From Promethearchaeota archaeon (GTDB taxonomy: Archaea > Asgardarchaeota > Lokiarchaeia > Sigyniarchaeales > SOKP01): 38,101 bases of DNA. Each line of letters opens with the position of its first letter. The stretch's first letter is position 1. Both the position numbers and the translations under genes were made by a program. This document shows, one piece after another, positions 19,505-27,682 of the stretch. Below the pieces are notes generated by a model. The model ran no database searches, was not told the origin of the DNA, and saw only the letters and a program-made list of their open reading frames with translations. The stretch is from contig JBHLMP010000014.1 in NCBI GenBank assembly GCA_048938025.1, forward strand, positions 1 through 38,101, read 5' to 3'.

Positions 19505-20257
19505 ATGAAATCTGAATTCTTATTTATTGGGCATAGAGGAACAAGAACTGATTTTGATGAAAATACTATAAGTGCCTTTGAGAAAGCAATAGAATATGGA
19601 GCAAATTATATCGAATTAGATGTGCGGAAAACAAAAGATGGTCAATTAATTATTATACATGATTCTACGTTAGATAGAACGACTAATGGAACAGGACGAA
19701 TAGACAACTACAACTATGATAATCTAATGATAATAAAAACAAAAAAAAGTCAAGAGCAAATTCCATTATTGTCTGAAGTTTTAGAACTGTTAAATGGAAA
19801 AATCCAATTCATGATTGAATTAAAAGAAGAACATTTATATGATAACATAATTAAAATAATTAAAGAAAATGATTTAATGGAAGATTGTATTATCAGTGGG
19901 CGGGATATTCATATCTTAAACTTAGTAAAAGCTAAATTACCCGAATGTAGAATATGCTATAATATTACAAAAGCACAAGAGTTCACGTTAGATAAGTTCT
20001 TAAGACAAGGCGCACAAAAAAGGTTAATTTTCAAGCCAGATATGATTAGCTTAAGATCAAGTATGGTTTCATCTAAATTTATTAATGTCTGTCATAACAA
20101 TGAAATATTATCATTATCCTGGGATTTTATTCTAAATGAAAATCCAATAAAACTCATAAAATCTTTGATTAATATAGGGATTGATGGTATCTTATTTGAT
20201 AATTATAAAAACATTTCCAAAATAAAACAGTGGGTAAAATCAAAATCATGCCCTTGA
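19505..20257 (+). CDS. Glycerophosphodiester phosphodiesterase
   Basis: IGHRG, ENTISAF, IELDVRKTKDG, HDSTLDRTT, IELK. Confidence 0.95.
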   Translation: MKSEFLFIGHRGTRTDFDENTISAFEKAIEYGANYIELDVRKTKDGQLIIIHDSTLDRTTNGTGRIDNYNYDNLMIIKTKKSQEQIPLLSEVLELLNGKIQFMIELKEEHLYDNIIKIIKENDLMEDCIISGRDIHILNLVKAKLPECRICYNITKAQEFTLDKFLRQGAQKRLIFKPDMISLRSSMVSSKFINVCHNNEILSLSWDFILNENPIKLIKSLINIGIDGILFDNYKNISKIKQWVKSKSCP

Positions 20258-22309
20258 TTTAATTATTGAGAGTCCACTTGGTAAGAGAAGTAAGATATCA
20301 TCAACGTTCAACAATTTTATCCATTTTTTTAGTTTGATATCAACTTGGTTAATAAAATATGTTTTTAATTTTTGAGCCAATTTTCCTTTGGTTAAGCCAC
20401 CTGATTTTGATGGTATTATTAGTGCAAAGTAATTTGTTTGTATTTGAATTGCTGATAGAGGTCCGCAGATTAATTTAGGATAAAAAATTTCATTCTCATC
20501 TTCTGCATTAGAACTGATTTCTATAATATTTAATCCTATTGCGAGTTCTGTTTTTGCATTCTTAATAAATTTCTTTTTACCAGAAATTATAAAAGAACCC
20601 TTTGCCAAAAATTCCCCTGAAGGTGGACTTTTTGAAATTTGTGATGGTTTCATGTAAAAAACATCAGCCATACCCCAATTTTCTTTCCACGCACGTGAAT
20701 AGCTTGCTACAAAATTCGCTGCTTCACTAATAGTCGTTTCAGGAATTTCCGTATTTTCAGGATTTTTAATAACAGTTAAAGGGGATCCAGGGAAATTTGT
20801 ATGAAAAATTAGATCATTTGGATCGATATATTTTTTAAATATACTTTCATTAGATGATGCATCTCGTCCTCCAATCACAAGAAATCCATCAGTTGATAAG
20901 AACCATCTGAATTTTTCATACCATTTTTTTTTTGGCTTTTTTATTAAGAAGTCAACTTCAGCTTCCATCGATTCTTTCTCAAGCTTCAATTTTTCAATAT
21001 CTGTTGTAGTTTTTTCAATAGCTTTTATAGTTCCTTTTATCTTTTTTTCTGCCTTTTTTCCTTTAGAATAAATTGAATTAGCGTTTTCACCAATACTTTT
21101 CGTTAAATCTAAATAAACTACGTCGTTATTGATTTTAATTAGCAGTTGTTTAGTCGAGGGTATTATTTTCTCGAAAATATCGATATCTTCTAAATTTTTC
21201 ATCTTAGCTTTTTGTAGCTCATTATTAATATCTTCCCAACCATAGCCTTTCTTTCTTGCATTTAGGATTATAGCAAATAATTTATCTAACCTATTAAAAT
21301 TGGAATAAATGTAATCTCCGTAAGTATAATATCTTTGTTTTTTAATCTTAAGTTCTTCTAAATATTCTTGTTGATTTTTTAAGATTTTTTCTTGAGATTT
21401 AATTTGATTTACAACTTTTTGATTTTTAGGGATTATTAATTTTTCTGAATCTAATTTTGAGAAAAATTCATCAACTGCATTATTAAAAGATTCGAAATTT
21501 TTTTGTTTATAATCTTTAAACAATTTTAATTCAAAAGGAATTACAGAAATCTCATTCCCATTACTATCATAAATAATTTTACTTTCGATTTTCCCGAAAA
21601 GCAGTTCATTTCTTAGTTTTTTAAAAGAATTATATAATTTTTCTACATCATCATCAGATAAATCTGCACCAAATAACGTTTTATCTATTTCTGCTCTATA
21701 ACATATTTCTTCACTATAAAAACCAGCAATATTTACATTTCTTGCCAAATATCTTACTAGCTCCACTTCTGTATCTAATTTTAATAGGTCTTTAAAATTT
21801 TCTTTACTTATGTTTAAAAAATCAATCCCTCGTGATTTTGGGAAGATATATTCTTTATTAGCTAAAACATCACGGTCCTTAAATCTTTTATATTTTTTAG
21901 CAATTTTTACAATGTTATTCTCATTTACTAATAAAAAATTTCCTTTATTAAAGAGTTCAATAACAAACTTCCAAGGTTGTGTTTCACCATTGTCTAACTC
22001 AATAATAACTATCCTATCAAAGTTATGTTGAGAAACTCTTAAAATTCGTTTATTTTTTAAGATTTTTCTTAAGGACATAATGTATTGACTTGGATATTTA
22101 GGAACTGGATAATCATATTCAGTTAAATTAATCCGAGAATCTTCTTTAATGATTAAATTTTTTCTACCTTGTGACGTATTTATTTTTAGTATCAATAAAT
22201 CTTCAACTTCATAGACATTAGAAATCGAACCATTTGATAAAATTAAATCTAATTCTTTAACAATAGCATATACATCAAAATTGGAAAATTTCTTTGCAGT
22301 TCTAATCAT
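20246..22309 (-). CDS. rqcH: Ribosome quality-control factor RqcH/NEMF (NFACT family)
   Basis: FDRIV, IELFNKGN, ENANSIY, KWYEKFRWF, GGRDASSNE, PPSGEFLAKGSF. Confidence 0.93.
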   Translation of the reverse strand: MIRTAKKFSNFDVYAIVKELDLILSNGSISNVYEVEDLLILKINTSQGRKNLIIKEDSRINLTEYDYPVPKYPSQYIMSLRKILKNKRILRVSQHNFDRIVIIELDNGETQPWKFVIELFNKGNFLLVNENNIVKIAKKYKRFKDRDVLANKEYIFPKSRGIDFLNISKENFKDLLKLDTEVELVRYLARNVNIAGFYSEEICYRAEIDKTLFGADLSDDDVEKLYNSFKKLRNELLFGKIESKIIYDSNGNEISVIPFELKLFKDYKQKNFESFNNAVDEFFSKLDSEKLIIPKNQKVVNQIKSQEKILKNQQEYLEELKIKKQRYYTYGDYIYSNFNRLDKLFAIILNARKKGYGWEDINNELQKAKMKNLEDIDIFEKIIPSTKQLLIKINNDVVYLDLTKSIGENANSIYSKGKKAEKKIKGTIKAIEKTTTDIEKLKLEKESMEAEVDFLIKKPKKKWYEKFRWFLSTDGFLVIGGRDASSNESIFKKYIDPNDLIFHTNFPGSPLTVIKNPENTEIPETTISEAANFVASYSRAWKENWGMADVFYMKPSQISKSPPSGEFLAKGSFIISGKKKFIKNAKTELAIGLNIIEISSNAEDENEIFYPKLICGPLSAIQIQTNYFALIIPSKSGGLTKGKLAQKLKTYFINQVDIKLKKWIKLLNVDDILLLLPSGLSIIKSRA

Positions 22310-22379
22310 TTTCTGTCTGTACTTTTGTTTATCATTATATATAATGATTTTTATAATAATAATTATTTATATTAATAAC

Positions 22380-22820
22380 ATGGCTAAACATAAAAAAGTC
22401 GATATTAGAAAGAGAAGGAAGAAATTAATAAAAGAGAAGAAGAAAGGACTACCGAAACAAGAACTTATTCCAAAGAAAACAACTACAAAACCTTTTGATC
22501 TTCGACTTGAAAAAGAAACAAAATTATATTGGATAAGAGCAGCAACAGGTGCTTTAAGTGCATTAATAGGAAGATTATTATTTGGATTAATAGGATGGTT
22601 TTTATTTTTATGGATGCTATTTTGGTGGTTTTTATTTCCTTTTATTGTTAGCTTCATTATATTAAAATATAAATACGATAAGGAAGAATGGACTTGGAAA
22701 AATATTTTAATGCCTGGAATAGGCATATTTTTCTTTTTGTTTATGATAGTTGGGGTAATTATTCATACAACACTTAAGTTTATTCCTGATTTTTCATCAG
22801 TCCTTGAGTTATTTTTATAG
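22380..22820 (+). CDS. EMC6/OPTI (Rab5ip)-like 3-TM membrane protein
   Basis: Likely start ATG 22380 (MAKHKK), because the track's upstream extension overlaps rqcH. LYWIRA...GLIG...TWKNILMPG...FLFMIV pattern. Confidence 0.65.
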   Translation: MAKHKKVDIRKRRKKLIKEKKKGLPKQELIPKKTTTKPFDLRLEKETKLYWIRAATGALSALIGRLLFGLIGWFLFLWMLFWWFLFPFIVSFIILKYKYDKEEWTWKNILMPGIGIFFFLFMIVGVIIHTTLKFIPDFSSVLELFL

Positions 22821-22837
22821 GTGTATTTAAGGATTTA

Positions 22838-23350
22838 TTACAATTGAATCCTTTGCTTTACTTTTTTTCCTTTTTTTTCCTTGGAAGTAAAGACTATTTC
22901 TTCTAATTTGTAGATTCGTTCACAATATACACATTGAATTTTTAGTGGCTTTTCTTCAAGAACTGTGAACTCGGTTGATATAGGCTCTTTTTCTGAATTG
23001 GAAATACATGTTTGATTAACACACATAATCAATTTTTTAATTATTTTTGGGATTTTAACTTTTTTCTTCTCAATTACTTTATAATTTTCTATTAATGATA
23101 TAGTTGCATTAGGTGAGAGAATTGAAATTTGTTGCATTTGAGTTTCGTTTAGAAATACATTTTCAATTTTAATAATATCTTTTGTTTGGTATTTTTTAGA
23201 AGAAACATTAACACCTATAGTCATTAAATTCTTAGATTCATCTAATCCAGTAAGATTAAGTATGGTTAGAGCATAACCAGCATCAATATGATCAATTACC
23301 GTTCCTTTAGAGATTTTGTCAATTTTTAATTTTTCTTCTAACATTTTCAT
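22838..23350 (-). CDS. pyrI: Aspartate carbamoyltransferase regulatory chain
   Basis: GTVIDHIDAG, KDIIKIE, SPNATI, zinc ligands CVNQTCIS...CVYCE. Confidence 0.96.
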   Translation of the reverse strand: MKMLEEKLKIDKISKGTVIDHIDAGYALTILNLTGLDESKNLMTIGVNVSSKKYQTKDIIKIENVFLNETQMQQISILSPNATISLIENYKVIEKKKVKIPKIIKKLIMCVNQTCISNSEKEPISTEFTVLEEKPLKIQCVYCERIYKLEEIVFTSKEKKGKKVKQRIQL

Positions 23351-23408
23351 TAGTTAAAATATTCTTATTGAAAAACTTATGGTAAATTCTTATTAACTTA
23401 AATTTCTC

Positions 23409-24404
23409 TTATAAAACAAAATATGAAATAAAAAATAAAATTGCTGATAAAATAAAATTAAAGGTCAAATTATCATCAATTTCTAAATCTAAGTAGTCAA
23501 TTCCCCCAATAATCAATGCCCCTAATATTGGAATTAAAAAAAACCCGAAAATGCTTGGATCAAAAAAGCTCCTCAACAATATTAGTATAATAATACCCGA
23601 AGAAAATGATATTACCATCCCCGCGAATAAACCTTCATACGTTTTATCTGTATTGCGAATTATAGTTTTTCCTATTATTCTACCAATTAAATTTGATGCT
23701 ATATCTCCAAAAATTGCCATTGTCATAGTGGTACAGATTATTACTGGACCTATTGGTTGGAATAACCCAAATAAAAGAATTATTGAAAAACACCCGATAC
23801 TCATAGAAATATGAGGCCCAAATCTCATATGCAACTCCTTTTCTCGTAATATTTGATTAACCTGTTTAAGAGGATAAATTTCAGGGTTTAATATTCTGAT
23901 AAATTCAGCTGTTAATAATCCAATTAAAGAGATTCCTACCAAGAAAATAACTAAATTTTGAGAAAAAAACATTTTATCTCCATTTATATTAAACCCAAGT
24001 GTAAAATACGAAAAAATTATTCCTAAAACAACTAAATGGGTTAACTTTCTATAAATATCATATTTTAAAGGTAATGGTTTAAAGTGTTTGGTATCTCTCT
24101 CTTTCCGCTTTTTAATTTTTTTTTTCTCTCGCAAAATAAAAAGTGAAAATATTGGAAAGAATATTCCAATAAAGCTTATCATCAACAGATCAAAGGGAAA
24201 AACAATAAATTCATTATAAGGTGTGTTTAAAAAAAAATGAATTCCTAAATTTATAGTAAGTGATATAATTAAAACTAGAGCATTTACCAAATTATTAATA
24301 AATGCTTCTCTTTCTCCTTTAATTTTTGCTAAAAAGGCTATGTATAATAGAATTAGGCTGTATAAATAGAAAAAACTTGATATTATTATCGAAAGTACAT
24401 TCAA
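23409..24404 (-). CDS. CTP-dependent lipid kinase (phytol/dolichol/DGK1-like), multi-TM
   Basis: RKLTH, LREKE, GDIASNLIG...KTYEG, IDDNL. Confidence 0.85.
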   Translation of the reverse strand: MNVLSIIISSFFYLYSLILLYIAFLAKIKGEREAFINNLVNALVLIISLTINLGIHFFLNTPYNEFIVFPFDLLMISFIGIFFPIFSLFILREKKKIKKRKERDTKHFKPLPLKYDIYRKLTHLVVLGIIFSYFTLGFNINGDKMFFSQNLVIFLVGISLIGLLTAEFIRILNPEIYPLKQVNQILREKELHMRFGPHISMSIGCFSIILLFGLFQPIGPVIICTTMTMAIFGDIASNLIGRIIGKTIIRNTDKTYEGLFAGMVISFSSGIIILILLRSFFDPSIFGFFLIPILGALIIGGIDYLDLEIDDNLTFNFILSAILFFISYFVL

Positions 24405-24512
24405 GAGTTACCAATCTCTTAAATTTGAATATTCTAAGGTTTCTTTCATTTTAATATTTTCTTATAAATTGAAAATAAATTATTAGATAAAAAATTAATA
24501 AAAAATTATTAT

Positions 24513-25922
24513 TTAAAATTGAGATTCATCAATTTTTGGCATTTCCTCTGATGATAATGCTTTTTGGATTTCTTTTGTTGGCAATTCATAATCTTCCAAA
24601 TCACCGGTCATAAACAATTTATAAGCTAATAAATCAAAAAAGCCATGACCGCTAAAGTTGAAGACGATTGTTTTCTTTTCGTTATCTTCTTTGGCTTTTA
24701 ATGCTTGATCTATTGCTTCTTTTATGGCATGTGCAGTTTCAGGGGCAGGAAGTATTCCTTCAGTCTTTGCAAATAAAAGACCGGATTTAATTACTTCAGA
24801 TTGATGATGCATAGATGCGGATATAACTTTATTATTATACAAGATTGAAATTATAGGTGCCATTCCATGATACCTTAATCCACCTGCATGAATAGGACTT
24901 GGAACAAACGTATGACCTAATGTGTGCATTTTTACAATAGGTCCTTTCATAGAAGTATCTCCAAAATCCCAGCAATATTCACCTTTACAAACACTAGGAC
25001 AAGCTCGTGGCTCAACTCCAATAATTTCTACATCTGGAAGAATTCCATGTAGTTTATCTCTTGCAAAAGGAATCATTAAACCAGCAAAGTTAGAACCTCC
25101 TCCCATACAACCAATTATTATGTCTGGTTTATCAATACCTGCTTTTGCTAACTGAATTTTTGTTTCTTGCCCTACAATTGTCTGATGTAAAAGCACAAAA
25201 TTTACAACACTTCCAAGAGAATATCTGATTGTATCACTTCTTAAGCTATGTTCCAATGCTTCAGATATAGCTATTCCTAAACTACCTGGATGTTCTGGAT
25301 CTTTTTCTAAGAAAAATTTGCCTGATTCAGTATATCTCGAAGGACTTGCATGAACTTCTGCATTAAAGGCCTTCATTAAAATCTTTCTTCCTGGTTTCTG
25401 TAAAAAACTCACTCTTACCATATATACTGTGCATTTTATACCAAATAAATTACATCCATAAGAAAGTCCAGAACCCCATTGTCCTGCTCCTGTTTCCGTG
25501 ACCAATTCTTCAATACCATCTTTTTTAGCATAATATGCTTGAGTTATCGCTGTATTTGGTTTATGGGATCCTGTAGGTGAGACAGATTCATTTTTATAAA
25601 AAATCTTTATATCATCGCCTTCTATTCCCAATTCTTTTTCTAACCCTAATGCTCGATGAAGAGGACTTGGTCTATAGGTTCTTGCGAAAATTTCTCTTAG
25701 ATCCTTAGGGATGGGAATTGTTGGTTCTTGAGATATTTCTTGTATAACACATTCTTTTGGAAATATCGCTAATGCTAATTCTGGTGGAGCTGGTTTCCCA
25801 TCCATAGGATTTACTAAGGGCGTCATAGGAGACGGTAAATCCGGTATGATATTTACCCATTCCTTTGGTATTTCATTGGGTTGTAATAGAATTCTTGAAT
25901 TATAATAATTTACCATTTTCAT
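24513..25922 (-). CDS. trpB2: Tryptophan synthase beta-like PLP enzyme, TrpB2 type
   Basis: SPTGSHKPN (PLP lysine), TETGAGQWG, HPGSLGIAISEA, IHAGGLRYHG, FNFSGHG. No adjacent trpA. Confidence 0.95.
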   Translation of the reverse strand: MKMVNYYNSRILLQPNEIPKEWVNIIPDLPSPMTPLVNPMDGKPAPPELALAIFPKECVIQEISQEPTIPIPKDLREIFARTYRPSPLHRALGLEKELGIEGDDIKIFYKNESVSPTGSHKPNTAITQAYYAKKDGIEELVTETGAGQWGSGLSYGCNLFGIKCTVYMVRVSFLQKPGRKILMKAFNAEVHASPSRYTESGKFFLEKDPEHPGSLGIAISEALEHSLRSDTIRYSLGSVVNFVLLHQTIVGQETKIQLAKAGIDKPDIIIGCMGGGSNFAGLMIPFARDKLHGILPDVEIIGVEPRACPSVCKGEYCWDFGDTSMKGPIVKMHTLGHTFVPSPIHAGGLRYHGMAPIISILYNNKVISASMHHQSEVIKSGLLFAKTEGILPAPETAHAIKEAIDQALKAKEDNEKKTIVFNFSGHGFFDLLAYKLFMTGDLEDYELPTKEIQKALSSEEMPKIDESQF

Positions 25923-26014
25923 TACCTTTTTTTACACATTAATTTTTTGTGTCTCATTACTATATTGGAAATCGATATAATTAATGCACATTTATCTAGA
26001 GTATTCGATAATTT

Positions 26015-26050
26015 AGAAAAACGAAAATTAAGAAAAGAGAGAAAATAAGG
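26015..26050 (-). terminator. U/pyrimidine-rich tract between leader ORF and trpB2 (candidate conditional terminator)
   Basis: Minus strand reads CCTTATTTTCTCTCTTTTCTTAATTTTCGTTTTTCT, directly after the inverted-repeat arm. Confidence 0.5.
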
Positions 26051-26076
26051 TATGGTTTAATCCAATATAATGGGTC

Positions 26077-26148
26077 TTACAACCAAGACCAAGGCCACTG
26101 CCAAAAAAAATAATTTCCAGTTGCCATAAAATTAAACCATTTTATCAT
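26077..26148 (-). CDS. Putative Trp-rich leader peptide MIKWFNFMATGNYFFWQWPWSWL upstream of trpB2
   Basis: Hand translation from ATG 26148 to TAA 26077 gives 5 TGG in 23 codons, four as WxWxWxW before the stop. Alternative start ATG 26127. Confidence 0.75.
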   Translation of the reverse strand: MIKWFNFMATGNYFFWQWPWSWL

Positions 26149-26180
26149 TAGTAAAAATTATTGATTTAACAATATATTAG

Positions 26181-26190
26181 TATATAAAAA
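26181..26190 (-). promoter_or_regulatory. Candidate TATA box for the leader-trpB2 transcript
   Basis: TTTTTATATA on the minus strand, about 33-42 nt upstream of the leader ATG. Confidence 0.45.
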
Positions 26191-26290
26191 GTTAATTGAT
26201 CTAAAAAGTACTTTCTATAAAATTAAGACAATAAAATACTTTCATGCTCAACTAAAATACACAGAAATGTAAAAAAGTTATAAATTTGTA

Positions 26291-26695
26291 TTAGCGACCC
26301 TCGAAGATTTTATAAAGATTCTTTGCTGCTATTCGCATGACTTTTACAGTCTTCATTAAAGTATCAATAATTGTCCCAGCACATACAATAACTAAGCGTC
26401 CTGCATTTGTAACAACTATATATCCATTCTCAGCCCTTACAATTATTTCAGTTATATCTTCTTGAAATAAGGTTTGAATTGTTGATCTTCCAGTCATTAA
26501 TAAAGCACTAGCAAGTCCACAAAATTGATCACCATCTACTTGGTACTGGGGCAAAGCAGAGAAAGCTATTTGATAACCTTCTACGCTTACAAGTGCAATT
26601 GCTTCTATATCTGCATTAGATGTTATAAATGTGATTTGCGGACTTATTTTTTCTATATCTTCATGGTTAATACCTAAATCAGATCCAAATTGCAT
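26291..26695 (-). CDS. Roadblock/LC7 (MglB-like) protein
   Basis: IEAIALVSVEGYQIA, ASALL...G, EIIVRAENGYIVV. Confidence 0.9.
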   Translation of the reverse strand: MQFGSDLGINHEDIEKISPQITFITSNADIEAIALVSVEGYQIAFSALPQYQVDGDQFCGLASALLMTGRSTIQTLFQEDITEIIVRAENGYIVVTNAGRLVIVCAGTIIDTLMKTVKVMRIAAKNLYKIFEGR

Positions 26696-26815
26696 AAGCC
26701 TACACTTTTTAGATAATTTATATAAAATTTTAGATTATACTTATATTAAATTAATTACAATCCATTTATTTATTTATTTTCTTTAATTCAAATAAAATTC
26801 CATAATTTTCAATTG

Positions 26816-27487
26816 CTATCCAATCCATTTTTGTAATTTCTCTATTAGAATTTGTAAATTATATGCATCAAGTGGTACATTTCCTAATGATTTTAGTCGC
26901 CTTGATTCCATGCTTAATTCAAATAAGATAGGATTTAAGGGATTTTCATTTTCTAATTTTGTTCTTATTTTTTCAAGCATTATCGCAATTTCAACTGCCG
27001 GATTATTTGATTTAGCTATAGAAATTATTAAATTAAAGTCTGAATCTCCCAGAATATCTATTGATTTTTCAGGAGCGCTTGTTGATATTGATTCACCTGG
27101 AGATCTTATAGGAGCGAATATATTGTTTTCATATCTAGTTGAAGTTACAATTTTTTGAGGTTTTGTTGAAATTTCACTGGGTGTAAACGATTCGGGGATA
27201 TTCATTGTATTTAAAATTGTATCAAAAACATTATTGAGGGAATTTACTAAATTTTGTAAATTTCTCATATTATTATTAAGTTCAGATAAAACATTGGTGG
27301 ACTTTGACATAAAAACTTTTATTTCATTTACAGAATTCGTGATTTGCATTACTGTATTATCTTTTTGCTCATTTTGAATCTTTTCTATAGTATCCTTTAA
27401 TTTTTCAATCTCAGATATAATATCCCTTCTTCCTAAGAGTACCTCGTCCAACTTCTCTATGAGTTGATTAAGAAGGATCTCCGACAA
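26816..27487 (-). CDS. Hypothetical protein: coiled coil, S/T/P-rich linker, small helical C-domain
   Basis: Heptad-rich N-terminal half and low-complexity linker; TTG start. Confidence 0.7.
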   Translation of the reverse strand: MSEILLNQLIEKLDEVLLGRRDIISEIEKLKDTIEKIQNEQKDNTVMQITNSVNEIKVFMSKSTNVLSELNNNMRNLQNLVNSLNNVFDTILNTMNIPESFTPSEISTKPQKIVTSTRYENNIFAPIRSPGESISTSAPEKSIDILGDSDFNLIISIAKSNNPAVEIAIMLEKIRTKLENENPLNPILFELSMESRRLKSLGNVPLDAYNLQILIEKLQKWIG

Positions 27488-27682
27488 TTTTTTCCATCTA
27501 TCTACTTTATTAGAATTTTAAATATAAATTTTTATAAAATTAATTTATTTACTATTCAAAAGTAAATTTTAATATAATATAAACTTAAAAATATTAAAAA
27601 TAATTCCTAAATTTTTTAGCAATTTCAGTAAGAATTAAAATAGTAATGATTAAAGAAATAAGATTTTTTATTATTTTGAGTC

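Noticed and set aside
22281-22379. Upstream extension of the 22281-22820 ORF
   Set aside because: Overlaps the rqcH start and the divergent promoter region; ATG 22380 is more plausible.
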